The translations under genes were made by a program, and so were the position numbers. A DNA stretch of 64,000 bases, taken from NCBI RefSeq assembly GCF_041248615.1, contig NZ_CP158426.1; one strand, given 5' to 3'. The notes below the pieces were generated by a model. The model had not been told where the DNA came from. It searched no databases and saw only the letters and a list, made by a program, of their open reading frames with translations. The stretch comes from Escherichia coli (GTDB lineage: Bacteria > Pseudomonadota > Gammaproteobacteria > Enterobacterales > Enterobacteriaceae). This document shows, piece by piece, positions 23,181 through 33,261 of this stretch. Position 1 is the first letter of the stretch. Every line of letters starts with the position of its first letter.

Positions 23181-26100
23181 TTACTCGGTTACCGTTTGTT
23201 TAGGTTTACGCGAAAAACGCAGCCGCAGACGGTCGAAAAAGAGATACACCACCGGCGTGGTATACAGCGTCAGAAGCTGGCTCATTACCAGACCGCCGAC
23301 AATGGTGATCCCCAGGGGTTGGCGCAGCTCCGAGCCGTCACCGCCCGACAACACCAGCGGCAGCGCGCCAAACAGCGCCGCCAGGGTAGTCATCATAATC
23401 GGGCGAAAACGCAGCAGACAGGCCTGGAAAATAGCTTCCTGCGGCGTCAGGTTACCGTGCCGTTGGGCTTCAAGCGCAAAATCGACCATCATGATGGCGT
23501 TTTTCTTTACGATGCCGATTAATAGCATGATCCCTATCAGGGCGATTAGGCTGAACGGGGCATTGAACAGCTCCAGCGCCAGCAGCGCTCCAACGCCCGC
23601 CGAGGGCAGAGTGGAGAGAATCGTCAGCGGATGTACGTAACTCTCGTAAAGGATACCCAGCACGATATACACCGTGGCGATGGCGGCGATAATCAGGATC
23701 ACCTGCGAGTTCATCGTCTCCTGGAACACCTGCGCCGTGCCGGCAAAACTACCGCGCACCGTCGAAGGCACACCAAGCTGGGTCATTGCGCGATCGATCG
23801 CCGCACTGGCGTCCGAGAGCGATTTCCCGGTCGGCAGGTTGAACGAGATGGTCGAGGCTGCCGATAATCCCTGATGATTCACCGATAGTGGGGCATTCGC
23901 CGGTTGCCATTTAGCGAAATACGACAGCGGGATCGCTTTTCCTTCGTTATTGATAACGAACATTTTTTCCAGCGCGCTGATGTCCTGGGTATAACGCGGA
24001 TCCACTTCCATCACCACTTTGTACTGGTTCATTGGCTGATAAATGGTCGAGATTTGCCGCTGACCGAAGGCGTTATTTAACAGGCTGTTGGCGGCCTGTA
24101 CGTCGATTCCCAGCCGTGCCATGGTGTCGCGATCGTAAACCAGATTCATCTCCGCGCCGTTATCCTGCTGATCGGAGTTCACGTCCGCCAGTTCCGGCAA
24201 CGTCGCCAGTTTTTTGCGGATTTTCGGCTCCCATTCGCGCAGTGCCGCCAGGTCGTCGGATAACAACGTGTACTGGTAGCTGGCGTTCGACTGACGCCCA
24301 CCAACGCGAATATCCTGTACCGCCATCAGGAACAGATTCGCCCCCGGTTCTTTCGCCAGTTTTACGCGCAGACGGTCGATAATTTGCTGCGCCGTTTCGC
24401 TGCGTTCGTCGCGTGGCTTGAGGGTGATAAACATCATCCCACTGTTCACCCGCGAACCGCCGGTAAAGCCGGTGACATTATCCACCGCCGGATCGTCACG
24501 GATAATTTTCATAAAATCCTGCAACTTACCGCGCATCGCCTGAAACGAAATACTCTGATCCGCCTGTATCCCGCCCATCAACACGCCGGTGTCCTGCTCC
24601 GGGAAGAAGGTTTTCGGGATCGAGATATATAGCCAGATATTCAGCGCAATGGTGCCAAGCAGCACCACGCCCACCAGACGGGTATGATTGAGCACCCATT
24701 TCAGCGACTTGCCATAGCCTTGTTGCAGGGCTACCAACATGCGACCAAAACCACGCAGTCGCTTTTGCTCGCGCGGCTTGCTGGCTTTCAGCATCCAGCC
24801 ACACATCATCGGCGTTAGCGTCAGGGAAACCAGCAACGAAATACCAATGGCGACAGAAAGCGTCACGGCAAACTCGCGTAACAGTCGGCCCGGCAATCCG
24901 CCCATCAACAGCAGCGGCAGGAACACCGCCACCAGTGACAGACTCATCGACAGCACCGTAAAACCGACTTCGCGAGTACCTTGCAGTGCGGCTTGCAACG
25001 GTTTCATTCCCGCTTCCAGATGACGTGCAATGTTTTCCAGCACCACGATGGCGTCATCCACCACGAAACCAGTAGCAATGGTGAGCGCCATTAACGAAAG
25101 ATTATTGAGACTGAAACCGCACAGGTACATCGCCGCAAACGTACCAATCAGCGAAACCGGCACCGCAACGGCGGGAATAATAGTGGCGCGACCCGAGCGC
25201 AGGAATAAAAAGACCACCAGAATGACCAGCGCCACCGAGATAATCAGCGTTTGCTCGACTTCCTCCAGCGAGGCGCGAATAGTGGGGGAGCGATCCTGGG
25301 CAATTTGCAGATCAATCGCCGCCGGAATGGTCTCCTGCAACTCCGGTAATTTTGCCCGGATGCTGTCAACCGTCTGGATTATATTGGCTTCCGGCAGCTT
25401 GCGGATCATCAGCAAAATAGCCGGTTTGGCGTTGGTCATCCCGGCGTTACGTACATCTTGTACAGAGTCGGTCACCGTCGCCACATCGCCCAGACGAACC
25501 GCGCCGCCGTTGTTGTAATGAATAATCAACGGCTGATATTCAGCGGCGGTTTTCAGTTCATCGTTAGTCTGGATCTGCCAGCGGTGAGTATCATCTTCCA
25601 GCGCCCCCTGCGGTTTACGCACGTTGGCATTGCTGATGGCGGTGCGCACATCGTCCAGCGACACGCCCTGATTAAACAGCGCCTGCGGATTCAGCCCGAC
25701 GCGTACGGCGGGCAGTGAGCTGCCGCCGACATCGACATCACCAACACCGTCGATTTGCGAAATCGTCGGAGCCAGCTGCGTCGAGGCGAAATCGTACAGT
25801 TCACCCTGCGAATAAGTATCGGATGTCAGCGTGAGGATCATTATTGGCGCATCCGACGGGTTCGCTTTGCGATAGGTCGGACGGCTTGGCATCCCGCTGG
25901 GCAGCAAACTTTGCGCGGCGTTGATCGCCGCTTGCACATCGCGCGCTGCGCCGTTGATATCGCGGTCAAAATCAAACTGCAAAATAATGCGCGTGCTGCC
26001 GAGCGAACTGCTGGAGGTCATTTCACTGACCCCGGCAATGCGCCCAAGTGAGCGCTCCAGCGGCGTGGCAACGGAAGACGCCATTGTTTCTGGTGACGCA

Positions 26101-26258
26101 CCGGGCAGCGAGGCGCTGACCATAATCACCGGAAAATCGACCTGCGGCAGCGGGGCGACCGGCAGCATACGGAAGCCCAGTATGCCGCACAGGGTAATGG
26201 CGACCGACAGTAAAATCGTCGCCACCGGGCGGTAAATGAAGAGGGCAAAAAACTTCAT
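23181..26258 (-). CDS. mdtC: RND multidrug efflux pump subunit
   Basis: 1025 aa RND protein [25 protein letters not shown].... Confidence 0.95.
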   Translation of the reverse strand: MKFFALFIYRPVATILLSVAITLCGILGFRMLPVAPLPQVDFPVIMVSASLPGASPETMASSVATPLERSLGRIAGVSEMTSSSSLGSTRIILQFDFDRDINGAARDVQAAINAAQSLLPSGMPSRPTYRKANPSDAPIMILTLTSDTYSQGELYDFASTQLAPTISQIDGVGDVDVGGSSLPAVRVGLNPQALFNQGVSLDDVRTAISNANVRKPQGALEDDTHRWQIQTNDELKTAAEYQPLIIHYNNGGAVRLGDVATVTDSVQDVRNAGMTNAKPAILLMIRKLPEANIIQTVDSIRAKLPELQETIPAAIDLQIAQDRSPTIRASLEEVEQTLIISVALVILVVFLFLRSGRATIIPAVAVPVSLIGTFAAMYLCGFSLNNLSLMALTIATGFVVDDAIVVLENIARHLEAGMKPLQAALQGTREVGFTVLSMSLSLVAVFLPLLLMGGLPGRLLREFAVTLSVAIGISLLVSLTLTPMMCGWMLKASKPREQKRLRGFGRMLVALQQGYGKSLKWVLNHTRLVGVVLLGTIALNIWLYISIPKTFFPEQDTGVLMGGIQADQSISFQAMRGKLQDFMKIIRDDPAVDNVTGFTGGSRVNSGMMFITLKPRDERSETAQQIIDRLRVKLAKEPGANLFLMAVQDIRVGGRQSNASYQYTLLSDDLAALREWEPKIRKKLATLPELADVNSDQQDNGAEMNLVYDRDTMARLGIDVQAANSLLNNAFGQRQISTIYQPMNQYKVVMEVDPRYTQDISALEKMFVINNEGKAIPLSYFAKWQPANAPLSVNHQGLSAASTISFNLPTGKSLSDASAAIDRAMTQLGVPSTVRGSFAGTAQVFQETMNSQVILIIAAIATVYIVLGILYESYVHPLTILSTLPSAGVGALLALELFNAPFSLIALIGIMLLIGIVKKNAIMMVDFALEAQRHGNLTPQEAIFQACLLRFRPIMMTTLAALFGALPLVLSGGDGSELRQPLGITIVGGLVMSQLLTLYTTPVVYLFFDRLRLRFSRKPKQTVTE

Positions 26259-29200
26259 TTACGCCTCCTCTTCATGACGGGCAAAGCGGCTTTTGGTCCA
26301 CAATGCCAGGCGGTCGAATAGCAGATAAATCACTGGCGTGGTAAACAGCGTCAGCACCTGGCTGACAATCAGACCGCCGACCATGCCGATACCTAACGGA
26401 CGACGCAGTTCCGCGCCGACCCCGGTACTCAACATCAGCGGCAGCGCGCCAAGCAGAGCCGCCAGAGTGGTCATCAGGATCGGACGAAAACGCAACAGAC
26501 AAGCCTGGTAGATGGCATCGCGCGGCGACATGCCTTGCTCGCGCTCAGCAGCCAGCGCGAAGTCGATCATCATGATGGCGTTCTTCTTCACGATACCGAT
26601 CAGCAAAATAATGCCGATAATGGCAATCACATCCAGTTCGCTACCGGCAATCATTAACGCCAGCAGTGCGCCGACCCCTGCGGTGGGTAGCGTCGAGAGA
26701 ATGGTGATCGGGTGAATAAAGCTCTCGTACAGAATGCCGAGCACGATATACATCGCCACCACCGCCGCGACAATCAGCCAGACAGTGCTGCCCAACGCCG
26801 ACTGGAAGGCGAGGGTGCTGCCCTGGAACTGCGTGGTGATATCCACCGGCAGATTCAGCGTCTTTTCGGTGTCCATAATCGCCTGCACCGCATCGCCCAG
26901 CGAATAGTTATCCGGCACGTTAAAGGAGATGGTCGTTACCGGGAACTGATCCAGATGGTTGATGGAAAGCGGCGCAAAACGCTGCTCAATTTTGGCAATT
27001 GAGCTTAACGGCACCACTCCACCGTCGCTGCTGGTCAGGCGAATGGTATCCAGCGCCGCGAGGCCTGGGGTATTTTCGGTGTTGTGTTCCAGCACCACGC
27101 GATACTGGTTAGCCTGAGTATAAATAGTGGAAATCAGCCGCTGACCAAACGCGTTGTACAGGGCGTTATCGACATCCGCCATGCTGATCCCCAGACGGCT
27201 GGCGCTGTCGCGATCAACATTGACATACGCCACCAGCCCTTTGTCCTGCCAGTCGCTGGAGACATCAGATAGCTGTGGCAGCTGCTGGAGTTTTTCCATC
27301 AACTGTGGCACCCAGGTACTGAGCGCATCCAGTGACGTGGCCTGCAAGGTAAACTGGTACTGGGTGCGGCTGACCTGAGTATCGATGGTCAGGTCCTGCG
27401 TTGGTTGCAGGAAGAGATCGACGCCCGGCACTTTATCCACCGCCGTTTGCAGACGGGCGATGACTTTTTGCACCCGATCATCACGTTCATCCAACGGTTT
27501 GAGGTTGATCTGCAAACGCGCACTGTTCAGCGACGGGTTAGTGCCATCAACGCCAACAAACGAGGTCAGGCTTTGCACTGCCGGATCCTGCAAAATCACA
27601 TCCGCGACCTGGCGTTGCCGCTGGGCCATATTGGCAAAGGAGCTGGATTGCGGTGCCTGCAAAGTGCCCTGAATAATGCCGTTGTCCTGTACCGGGAAGA
27701 AACCTTTCGGAATGAACACCCACAACAGCACGCTAAGCAGCAGCGTGCTGAGCGCCACGCTTAAGGTCAGCCACGGATGATTCAGCACTTTCGCCAGTCC
27801 ACGACCATAGGCGGTGATTATCCTGTCGAACATTTTCTCCAAGGCTCGGGAGAAGCGGTTCTGTTTACGCAGCGACTCCTGGCTGAGCATCCGCGCGCAC
27901 ATCATCGGTGTCAGGGTCAGCGACACCACTGCTGAGATCAAAATCGCGACGGCCAGAGTAATAGCAAATTCGCGGAACAGTCGCCCGACGATATCGCCCA
28001 TAAACAGCAGTGGGATCAACACCGCAATCAGTGAGAAGGTCAGCGAGATAATGGTAAAGCCGATTTCACCTGCGCCTTTGAGCGCCGCCGCCAGCGGTTT
28101 TTCGCCTTTTTCGATATAGCGCGAAATGTTCTCGATCACCACGATGGCGTCATCGACCACGAATCCGGTGGCGATAGTTAACGCCATCAGCGTCAGGTTA
28201 TTGATCGAAAAATCGAGAAACACCATAACCGCGAAAGTGCCGATTAACGACAGCGGTACAGCAACACCGGGAATGATGGTCGCCGGAATATTGCGCAAAA
28301 ACAGGTAGATAATCATGACTACCAGCGCGATAGCCATCATCAATTCAAACTGGGTATCGTTGACCGATGCGCGGATGTTGGTGGTGCGGTCAGAAAGCAC
28401 TGTCACCTTCACCGATTTCGGCAAACTCTCGGTGAGCTGTGGCAGCATCTGCCGGATGCTGTCGGCGGTGGAGATAATGTTAGCACCGGGCTGGCGCTGA
28501 ACATTCATCACAATGGCCTGTTCTTTGTTCGCCCACGCGCCGAGCCAGCTGTTTTCTGCTCCTTGCTCTACGGTTGCGACATCGCCCAGACGAATCGGCG
28601 CGCCGTTCTGGTAGGCAATAATTAGCTGGCGATACTCTTCGGCGGATTGCATCTGGTCGTTCGCGGAAAGGGTGACCGCGCGGGAAGGGCCGTCGAGGCT
28701 ACCTTTTGCCGAGTTAACGTTAGCGCCGGTAATAGCGGTGCGCACGGTTTCGCTGGTCAGGCCGAGGGCGGCAATCGCCTGAGCGTTAAGTTTGACACGA
28801 ACAGCCGGACGCTGGCCGCTGGAAAGCGTCACCAGGCCGACACCGGAAATCTGCGAGATTTTCTGCGCGACGCGGGTTTCCACCATATCTTCCACTTGCG
28901 TCATTGGCATGGCGGTTGAGGTGACGGCGAGCGTCATGATTGGTGGATCTGCCGGGTTCACTTTGCTGTAAACCGGCGGGTTAGGCAGATCGCTCGGCAA
29001 CAAGTTGGTCGCAGCGTTAATCGCGGCCTGCACTTCCTGCTCGGCGACATCCAGCGGTAATGTTAGCTGGAACTGCAAAGTGATAACTGACGCACCGCCG
29101 GAACTTTGCGACGACATCTGTTTCAGGCCAGACATCTGCCCAAACTGGCGTTCAAGCGGCGCGGTAACGGCAGAGGTCATGACATCCGGGCTCGCACCTG

Positions 29201-29381
29201 GGTAGAGCGTGACTACCTGAATGGTCGGATAGTCCACTTCCGGCAGCGCCGAAACGGGCAGGGCTCGATAACCGATAATCCCGGCGAGTAAGATCGCCAC
29301 CATCAGCAGCGTGGTGGCGACAGGACGCATAATAAACAGGCGCGACGGGCCGCCTGTGCTGCTCGGGGGTAACACCTGCAT
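26259..29381 (-). CDS. mdtB: RND multidrug efflux pump subunit
   Basis: 1040 aa RND protein [34 protein letters not shown]...; overlaps mdtA stop. Confidence 0.95.
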   Translation of the reverse strand: MQVLPPSSTGGPSRLFIMRPVATTLLMVAILLAGIIGYRALPVSALPEVDYPTIQVVTLYPGASPDVMTSAVTAPLERQFGQMSGLKQMSSQSSGGASVITLQFQLTLPLDVAEQEVQAAINAATNLLPSDLPNPPVYSKVNPADPPIMTLAVTSTAMPMTQVEDMVETRVAQKISQISGVGLVTLSSGQRPAVRVKLNAQAIAALGLTSETVRTAITGANVNSAKGSLDGPSRAVTLSANDQMQSAEEYRQLIIAYQNGAPIRLGDVATVEQGAENSWLGAWANKEQAIVMNVQRQPGANIISTADSIRQMLPQLTESLPKSVKVTVLSDRTTNIRASVNDTQFELMMAIALVVMIIYLFLRNIPATIIPGVAVPLSLIGTFAVMVFLDFSINNLTLMALTIATGFVVDDAIVVIENISRYIEKGEKPLAAALKGAGEIGFTIISLTFSLIAVLIPLLFMGDIVGRLFREFAITLAVAILISAVVSLTLTPMMCARMLSQESLRKQNRFSRALEKMFDRIITAYGRGLAKVLNHPWLTLSVALSTLLLSVLLWVFIPKGFFPVQDNGIIQGTLQAPQSSSFANMAQRQRQVADVILQDPAVQSLTSFVGVDGTNPSLNSARLQINLKPLDERDDRVQKVIARLQTAVDKVPGVDLFLQPTQDLTIDTQVSRTQYQFTLQATSLDALSTWVPQLMEKLQQLPQLSDVSSDWQDKGLVAYVNVDRDSASRLGISMADVDNALYNAFGQRLISTIYTQANQYRVVLEHNTENTPGLAALDTIRLTSSDGGVVPLSSIAKIEQRFAPLSINHLDQFPVTTISFNVPDNYSLGDAVQAIMDTEKTLNLPVDITTQFQGSTLAFQSALGSTVWLIVAAVVAMYIVLGILYESFIHPITILSTLPTAGVGALLALMIAGSELDVIAIIGIILLIGIVKKNAIMMIDFALAAEREQGMSPRDAIYQACLLRFRPILMTTLAALLGALPLMLSTGVGAELRRPLGIGMVGGLIVSQVLTLFTTPVIYLLFDRLALWTKSRFARHEEEA

Positions 29382-30628
29382 CAGGAGCGTGCTCCTTTTT
29401 TCGCGTATTCGCGGCTGGTGGCTTTCTCTTCCGGAGTGGTGGCGCTCTGGGCTTCCACTACTTCCACTTTCGCCCCTTCGGTCAGGCGATCAATGCCGTC
29501 TGTCACTACGCGGTCGCCCGCAGAAATACCTGCGCGGATCACCACTTTCTGACTGTCCTGAATGCCCGGCGTCACCAGATGTTTGCTGACCTTGTTTTCG
29601 CTATTCAGCACCCAGACAAAATGGCCTTCGTTGCCCATTTGCAGAGCGGCGGTGGGGATCACTACGGCGTTTTGTTCGGTGTCGACTAACATACGCGCGT
29701 TAACAAACTGATTGGGAAACAGCGCATCATCCTGATTATTAAAGCGTGCTTTCACTTTAATCGTACCGGTAGTGGCATCGATTTGGTTATCGAGACTTAA
29801 CAGCGTGCCTTCACTTAATTTCTTCGAGTTGGTGCGATCCCAGGCTTCAACAACCAGCGGTTTTCCGGCTTTTTGCGCCTGTACTACGGTAGCGATATCG
29901 CTTTCCGGCAGGGTAAAGAGCAAATCGATAGGATGCGTCTGGGTGATCACCACAATCCCGGTGGTATCACCACTGGAGATTTGGTTACCAACATCAACCT
30001 GCTTGAGACCAACGCGACCATCGATTGGTGCGGTGATGCGGCTCCAGTCGAGCTGCAGCTGCGCGCTGGCGACGCTTGCTTCATCAGCCTTAATGGTGCC
30101 TTCGGTTTCACTGACCAGCGCCTGTTGGGCATCCAGCTCCTGGCGGGAGACAAGATTGGTTTTTGCCAGTTGTTGATAACGCGCCAGGTCACGGCGGGCG
30201 TTGGCAAGCGTGGCTTTATCTTTTGCCAGTTGGCCCTGGGCTTGTGCTAATGCAACTTTGAACTGGCTTGGGTCAATTTCTGCCAGTAAATCGCCTGCTT
30301 TGACCTGCTGGCCTTCCTGGAAATGTAACGCCATCAGTTGACCGTCCACGCGGCTGCGCACCGTAACGGTATTAGCGGCGGTAATGGTGCCAAGCCCGGT
30401 GAGATAACGTGGCACAGCTTGTTCTACGGCAGTCGCCGCCTGAACCGGGGCTAATGGGCCGGCACGCATACCACGGCGACCACCCGCTGGCGATTGCTGC
30501 GCTTGTTTCGTCGCCCCTGGGGCTGCACTCTGGGAGTCATTGCGGCCTTGCCAGAACCAGAATGCGGCGATGGCGGCGATAACCAACACGATTACGATTA
30601 CCCAACGGGATTTATAACTGCCTTTCAT
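29381..30628 (-). CDS. mdtA: Membrane fusion protein of the MdtABC efflux system
   Basis: ORF 29381..30775 trimmed to [27 protein letters not shown]... (415 aa); the upstream in-frame extension is unlikely to be coding. Confidence 0.9.
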   Translation of the reverse strand: MKGSYKSRWVIVIVLVIAAIAAFWFWQGRNDSQSAAPGATKQAQQSPAGGRRGMRAGPLAPVQAATAVEQAVPRYLTGLGTITAANTVTVRSRVDGQLMALHFQEGQQVKAGDLLAEIDPSQFKVALAQAQGQLAKDKATLANARRDLARYQQLAKTNLVSRQELDAQQALVSETEGTIKADEASVASAQLQLDWSRITAPIDGRVGLKQVDVGNQISSGDTTGIVVITQTHPIDLLFTLPESDIATVVQAQKAGKPLVVEAWDRTNSKKLSEGTLLSLDNQIDATTGTIKVKARFNNQDDALFPNQFVNARMLVDTEQNAVVIPTAALQMGNEGHFVWVLNSENKVSKHLVTPGIQDSQKVVIRAGISAGDRVVTDGIDRLTEGAKVEVVEAQSATTPEEKATSREYAKKGARS

Positions 30629-30681
30629 CGTTAAGAGTTTCTCTTCCTGAAACGTTTCACGGAATGATACTAGTGTAGCCA

Positions 30682-30699
30682 GCCAATAAGGGAGAAAAA
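30682..30699 (-). promoter_or_regulatory. Candidate BaeR box upstream of mdtA
   Basis: Minus-strand sequence TTTTTCTCCCTTATTGGC closely matches my recalled BaeR consensus TTTTTCTCCATDATTGGC; located about 55-70 nt upstream of the mdtA start. Confidence 0.5.
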
Positions 30700-30856
30700 T
30701 GGAGGAATTATGAAACACTGTCGGGAATCGTCTGAATGACGGGCACATTTGCGAGCACGCATCCAGTAATAACACATGAAACTATTTTATCTGCAAGTTA
30801 GCGATAGACTGCTTGCATGGCGAAAGGAGGTAAGCCGCCGTTTTCAGCGGGACGCT

Positions 30857-30999
30857 GAAACGGGAAAGCCCCTCCCGAGGAAGGGGCCTTAAATAAGGAA
30901 AGGGTCATGATGAAGCTACTCATCATCGTGGTGCTCTTAGTGATTAGCTACCCAGCATACTAAGACTACCAGGGCGGGGGAAACCCCGCTCTACCCTCA
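30857..30999 (-). ncRNA. Sib antisense RNA (SibB-like), copy 1
   Basis: Minus-strand promoter TTGACA-17nt-TACTTT (31034..31006) and hairpin GCCCCT/AGGGGC followed by U-run near 30857-30887; transcript fully overlaps the ibs ORF. Ends are approximate. Confidence 0.6.
30907..30963 (+). CDS. Type I toxin Ibs (18 aa, MMKLLIIVVLLVISYPAY), IbsB-like
   Basis: Short hydrophobic ORF with SD AAGGAAAGGG upstream; matches recalled Ibs family; too short for the ORF track. Confidence 0.75.
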   Translation: MMKLLIIVVLLVISYPAY

Positions 31000-31184
31000 C
31001 TCCTGAAAGTATGCCTTCACGATAAGATTGTCAATCTGCAGGCTTTGCAGTCTGCGATCCTGCCAGCAAATATTCTTTGCGAGACGTTACGCAATAATCA
31101 CACTGGAAACTATTTTATCCGCAAGTCAGCGATAGACTGCATACAGGGCGAAAGGAGGTAAGCCGACGATTTCAGCGGGACGCT

Positions 31185-31327
31185 GAAACGGGAAAGCCCC
31201 TCCCGAGGAAGGGGCCTTAAATAAGGAAAGGGTCATGATGAAGATACTCATCATCGTGGTGCTCTTAGTGATTAGCTACCCAGCATACTAAGACTACCAG
31301 GGCGGGGGAAACCCCGCTCTACCCTCA
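31185..31327 (-). ncRNA. Sib antisense RNA, copy 2
   Basis: Same promoter and terminator as copy 1, shifted by 328 bp. Confidence 0.6.
31235..31291 (+). CDS. Type I toxin Ibs (18 aa, MMKILIIVVLLVISYPAY), IbsB-like, second copy
   Basis: Same unit as copy 1 shifted by 328 bp; one substitution (L4I). Confidence 0.75.
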   Translation: MMKILIIVVLLVISYPAY

Positions 31328-31513
31328 CTCCTGAAAGTATGCCTTCACGATAAGATTGTCAATCCGCAGGCTTTGCAGTCTGCGATCCTGCCAGCAAATA
31401 TTCTTTGCGAGTCGTTACGCAATAATCACAGAGGAAACTATTTTGGTCACGCGTTAGCGATAGACTGCATTCAGGGCGAAAGGAGGTAAGCCGACGATTT
31501 CAGCGGGACGCTG

Positions 31514-31662
31514 AAACGGGAAACCCTCTCCCGGAGAAGAGGGCTTTTAATAAGGAAAGGGTTATGATGAAGCACGTCATCATACTGGAGATACTCTTAG
31601 TGATTAGCTTCCAGGCTTACTAAGAACACCAGGGGGAGGGAGAAACCTCTCCCTAACCCTCA
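31514..31662 (-). ncRNA. Sib antisense RNA (SibA-like), copy 3
   Basis: Minus-strand promoter TTGACA-17nt-TAATTT; terminator hairpin CCCTCT/AGAGGG plus U-run. Ends are approximate. Confidence 0.55.
31564..31623 (+). CDS. Type I toxin Ibs (19 aa, MMKHVIILEILLVISFQAY), IbsA-like
   Basis: Diverged third unit; SD AAGGAAAGGG conserved. Confidence 0.7.
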   Translation: MMKHVIILEILLVISFQAY

Positions 31663-31843
31663 CTCCTGAAATTATGTCACTCCGCCCTTAGTGTCAATCG
31701 ACGGCTCTCCGTTCTTGCGAGGCGAATAGCAAAATTTTCTGCGCCGCCGGGCCTAATTCTGAAAGTTTCTTCGTTTGCTCTTATTTCATTATTGCAATCG
31801 GTATGATACCGGGCCTCAATAATTCTCTAAGAAAGGATTTCTT

Positions 31844-32503
31844 ATGAGCGAACAAATCACGTTTGCCACCAGCGATTTTGCCAGTAACCCGGAACCACGT
31901 TGCCCCTGCATTTTGCTGCTGGATGTTTCTGGTTCTATGAACGGTAGACCTATTAATGAACTTAACGCCGGATTGGTTACCTTTCGCGATGAGCTGCTTG
32001 CCGATTCGCTGGCCTTAAAAAGAGTGGAACTCGGCATTGTGACGTTCGGCCCGGTGCATGTGGAACAACCCTTTACCAGCGCCGCTAATTTTTTCCCGCC
32101 CATCCTGTTTGCCCAGGGCGATACACCAATGGGCGCTGCCATTACCAAAGCCCTGGATATGGTAGAGGAGCGGAAACGTGAGTATCGTGCAAATGGTATT
32201 TCGTATTATCGCCCGTGGATTTTCCTGATCACCGATGGCGCTCCAACCGATGAGTGGCAGGCTGCCGCCAACAAAGTGTTTCAGGGGGAAGAAGATAAGA
32301 AGTTTGCCTTCTTTTCCATCGGTGTTCAGGGGGCGGATATGAAGACTTTGGCACAAATCAGCGTTCGTCAGCCTTTGCCACTGCAGGGATTACAATTCCG
32401 TGAACTGTTTAGCTGGTTATCCAGTTCGCTGCGTTCGGTTTCCCGCTCCACGCCGGGAACGGAAGTTGTGCTGGAAGCGCCAAAAGGCTGGACGTCAGTG
32501 TGA
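31844..32503 (+). CDS. yegL: von Willebrand factor A (vWA) domain protein, TerY-like
   Basis: 219 aa; MIDAS motif DVSGSM at residues about 27-32 ([12 protein letters not shown]) and later threonine/aspartate positions (LITDGAPTD). Confidence 0.85.
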   Translation: MSEQITFATSDFASNPEPRCPCILLLDVSGSMNGRPINELNAGLVTFRDELLADSLALKRVELGIVTFGPVHVEQPFTSAANFFPPILFAQGDTPMGAAITKALDMVEERKREYRANGISYYRPWIFLITDGAPTDEWQAAANKVFQGEEDKKFAFFSIGVQGADMKTLAQISVRQPLPLQGLQFRELFSWLSSSLRSVSRSTPGTEVVLEAPKGWTSV

Positions 32504-33261
32504 GCTGGCGTCTGGTCTATGCATCAACCGTTGGAACGTCGCACATCAGCGCGGACTTGCCTTGCCAGGATGCCTGCCAGATGCAGGTTGCCTGGTTAAA
32601 TGACCAGCAGCCATTATTGTCGGTATTTGTCGCCGATGGCGCAGGTAGCGTCTCGCAGGGTGGCGAAGGTGCGGAGCTTGCCGTTAATGAAGCGATGGCT
32701 TATATGATGCAAAAATTGCAGGGCGGGGAATTGGGGCTTAATGATGTCCTCGCAACGGATATTGTGCTGACCGTTCGTCAGCGACTTTTTGCCGAGGCGG
32801 AAGCCAAAGAATTAGCTGTTCGCGATTTTGCCTGCACGTTTATGGGATTGATTTCATCAGCTAATGGCACCCTGATTATGCAGATTGGCGATGGCGGCGT
32901 GGTGGTAGATTTGGGGCACGGTCTGCAACTGCCGCTCACGCCGATGGTAGGTGAATATGCCAATATGACACACTTCATTACTGATGAAGATGCCGTTTCC
33001 AGACTGGAAACTTTCACCAGCACTGAGCGTGCGCATAAAGTTGCAGCATTTACGGATGGTATCCAGCGGCTGGCGTTAAATATGCTGGATAATTCTCCCC
33101 ATGTGCCTTTCTTTACCCCGTTTTTCAATGGGCTGGCGTCAGCAACGCAGGAACAACTCGATTTATTACCTGAATTGTTAAAGCAGTTTTTGTCCAGCCC
33201 GGCGGTAAACGAGCGTACGGATGATGATAAAACGTTGGCACTGGCGCTGTGGTTACCATGA
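32500..33261 (+). CDS. yegK: PP2C-family protein Ser/Thr phosphatase
   Basis: 253 aa; GTG start overlapping the yegL stop (GTGA); metal-binding Asp/Gly-rich motif ([30 protein letters not shown]). Confidence 0.85.
   Translation: MSWRLVYASTVGTSHISADLPCQDACQMQVAWLNDQQPLLSVFVADGAGSVSQGGEGAELAVNEAMAYMMQKLQGGELGLNDVLATDIVLTVRQRLFAEAEAKELAVRDFACTFMGLISSANGTLIMQIGDGGVVVDLGHGLQLPLTPMVGEYANMTHFITDEDAVSRLETFTSTERAHKVAAFTDGIQRLALNMLDNSPHVPFFTPFFNGLASATQEQLDLLPELLKQFLSSPAVNERTDDDKTLALALWLP

Larger units (their letters stand above)
30776..31690. repeat. Three tandem ~328-bp repeat units (QUAD-type), each containing an ibs toxin ORF and an antisense sib RNA
   Basis: Direct repeats with period 328-329 bp; units 1 and 2 nearly identical, unit 3 more diverged. 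Confidence 0.85.

Noticed and set aside
22528-29291. Many 60-205 aa ORFs on the plus strand (for example 23029..23640, 24032..24382, 25030..25518, 27405..27764) and short minus-strand ORFs inside mdtD/mdtC/mdtB
   Set aside because: They lie antisense to or out of frame within long, well-supported transporter genes and have the Arg/Ser/Pro-rich composition typical of spurious frames in GC-rich coding DNA.
30776-31690. Tandem direct repeats that could be mistaken for a CRISPR array
   Set aside because: Repeat period is about 328 bp, not 28-37 bp repeats with unique spacers; each unit contains an Ibs ORF and a Sib promoter/terminator, so these are ibs/sib toxin-antitoxin units.
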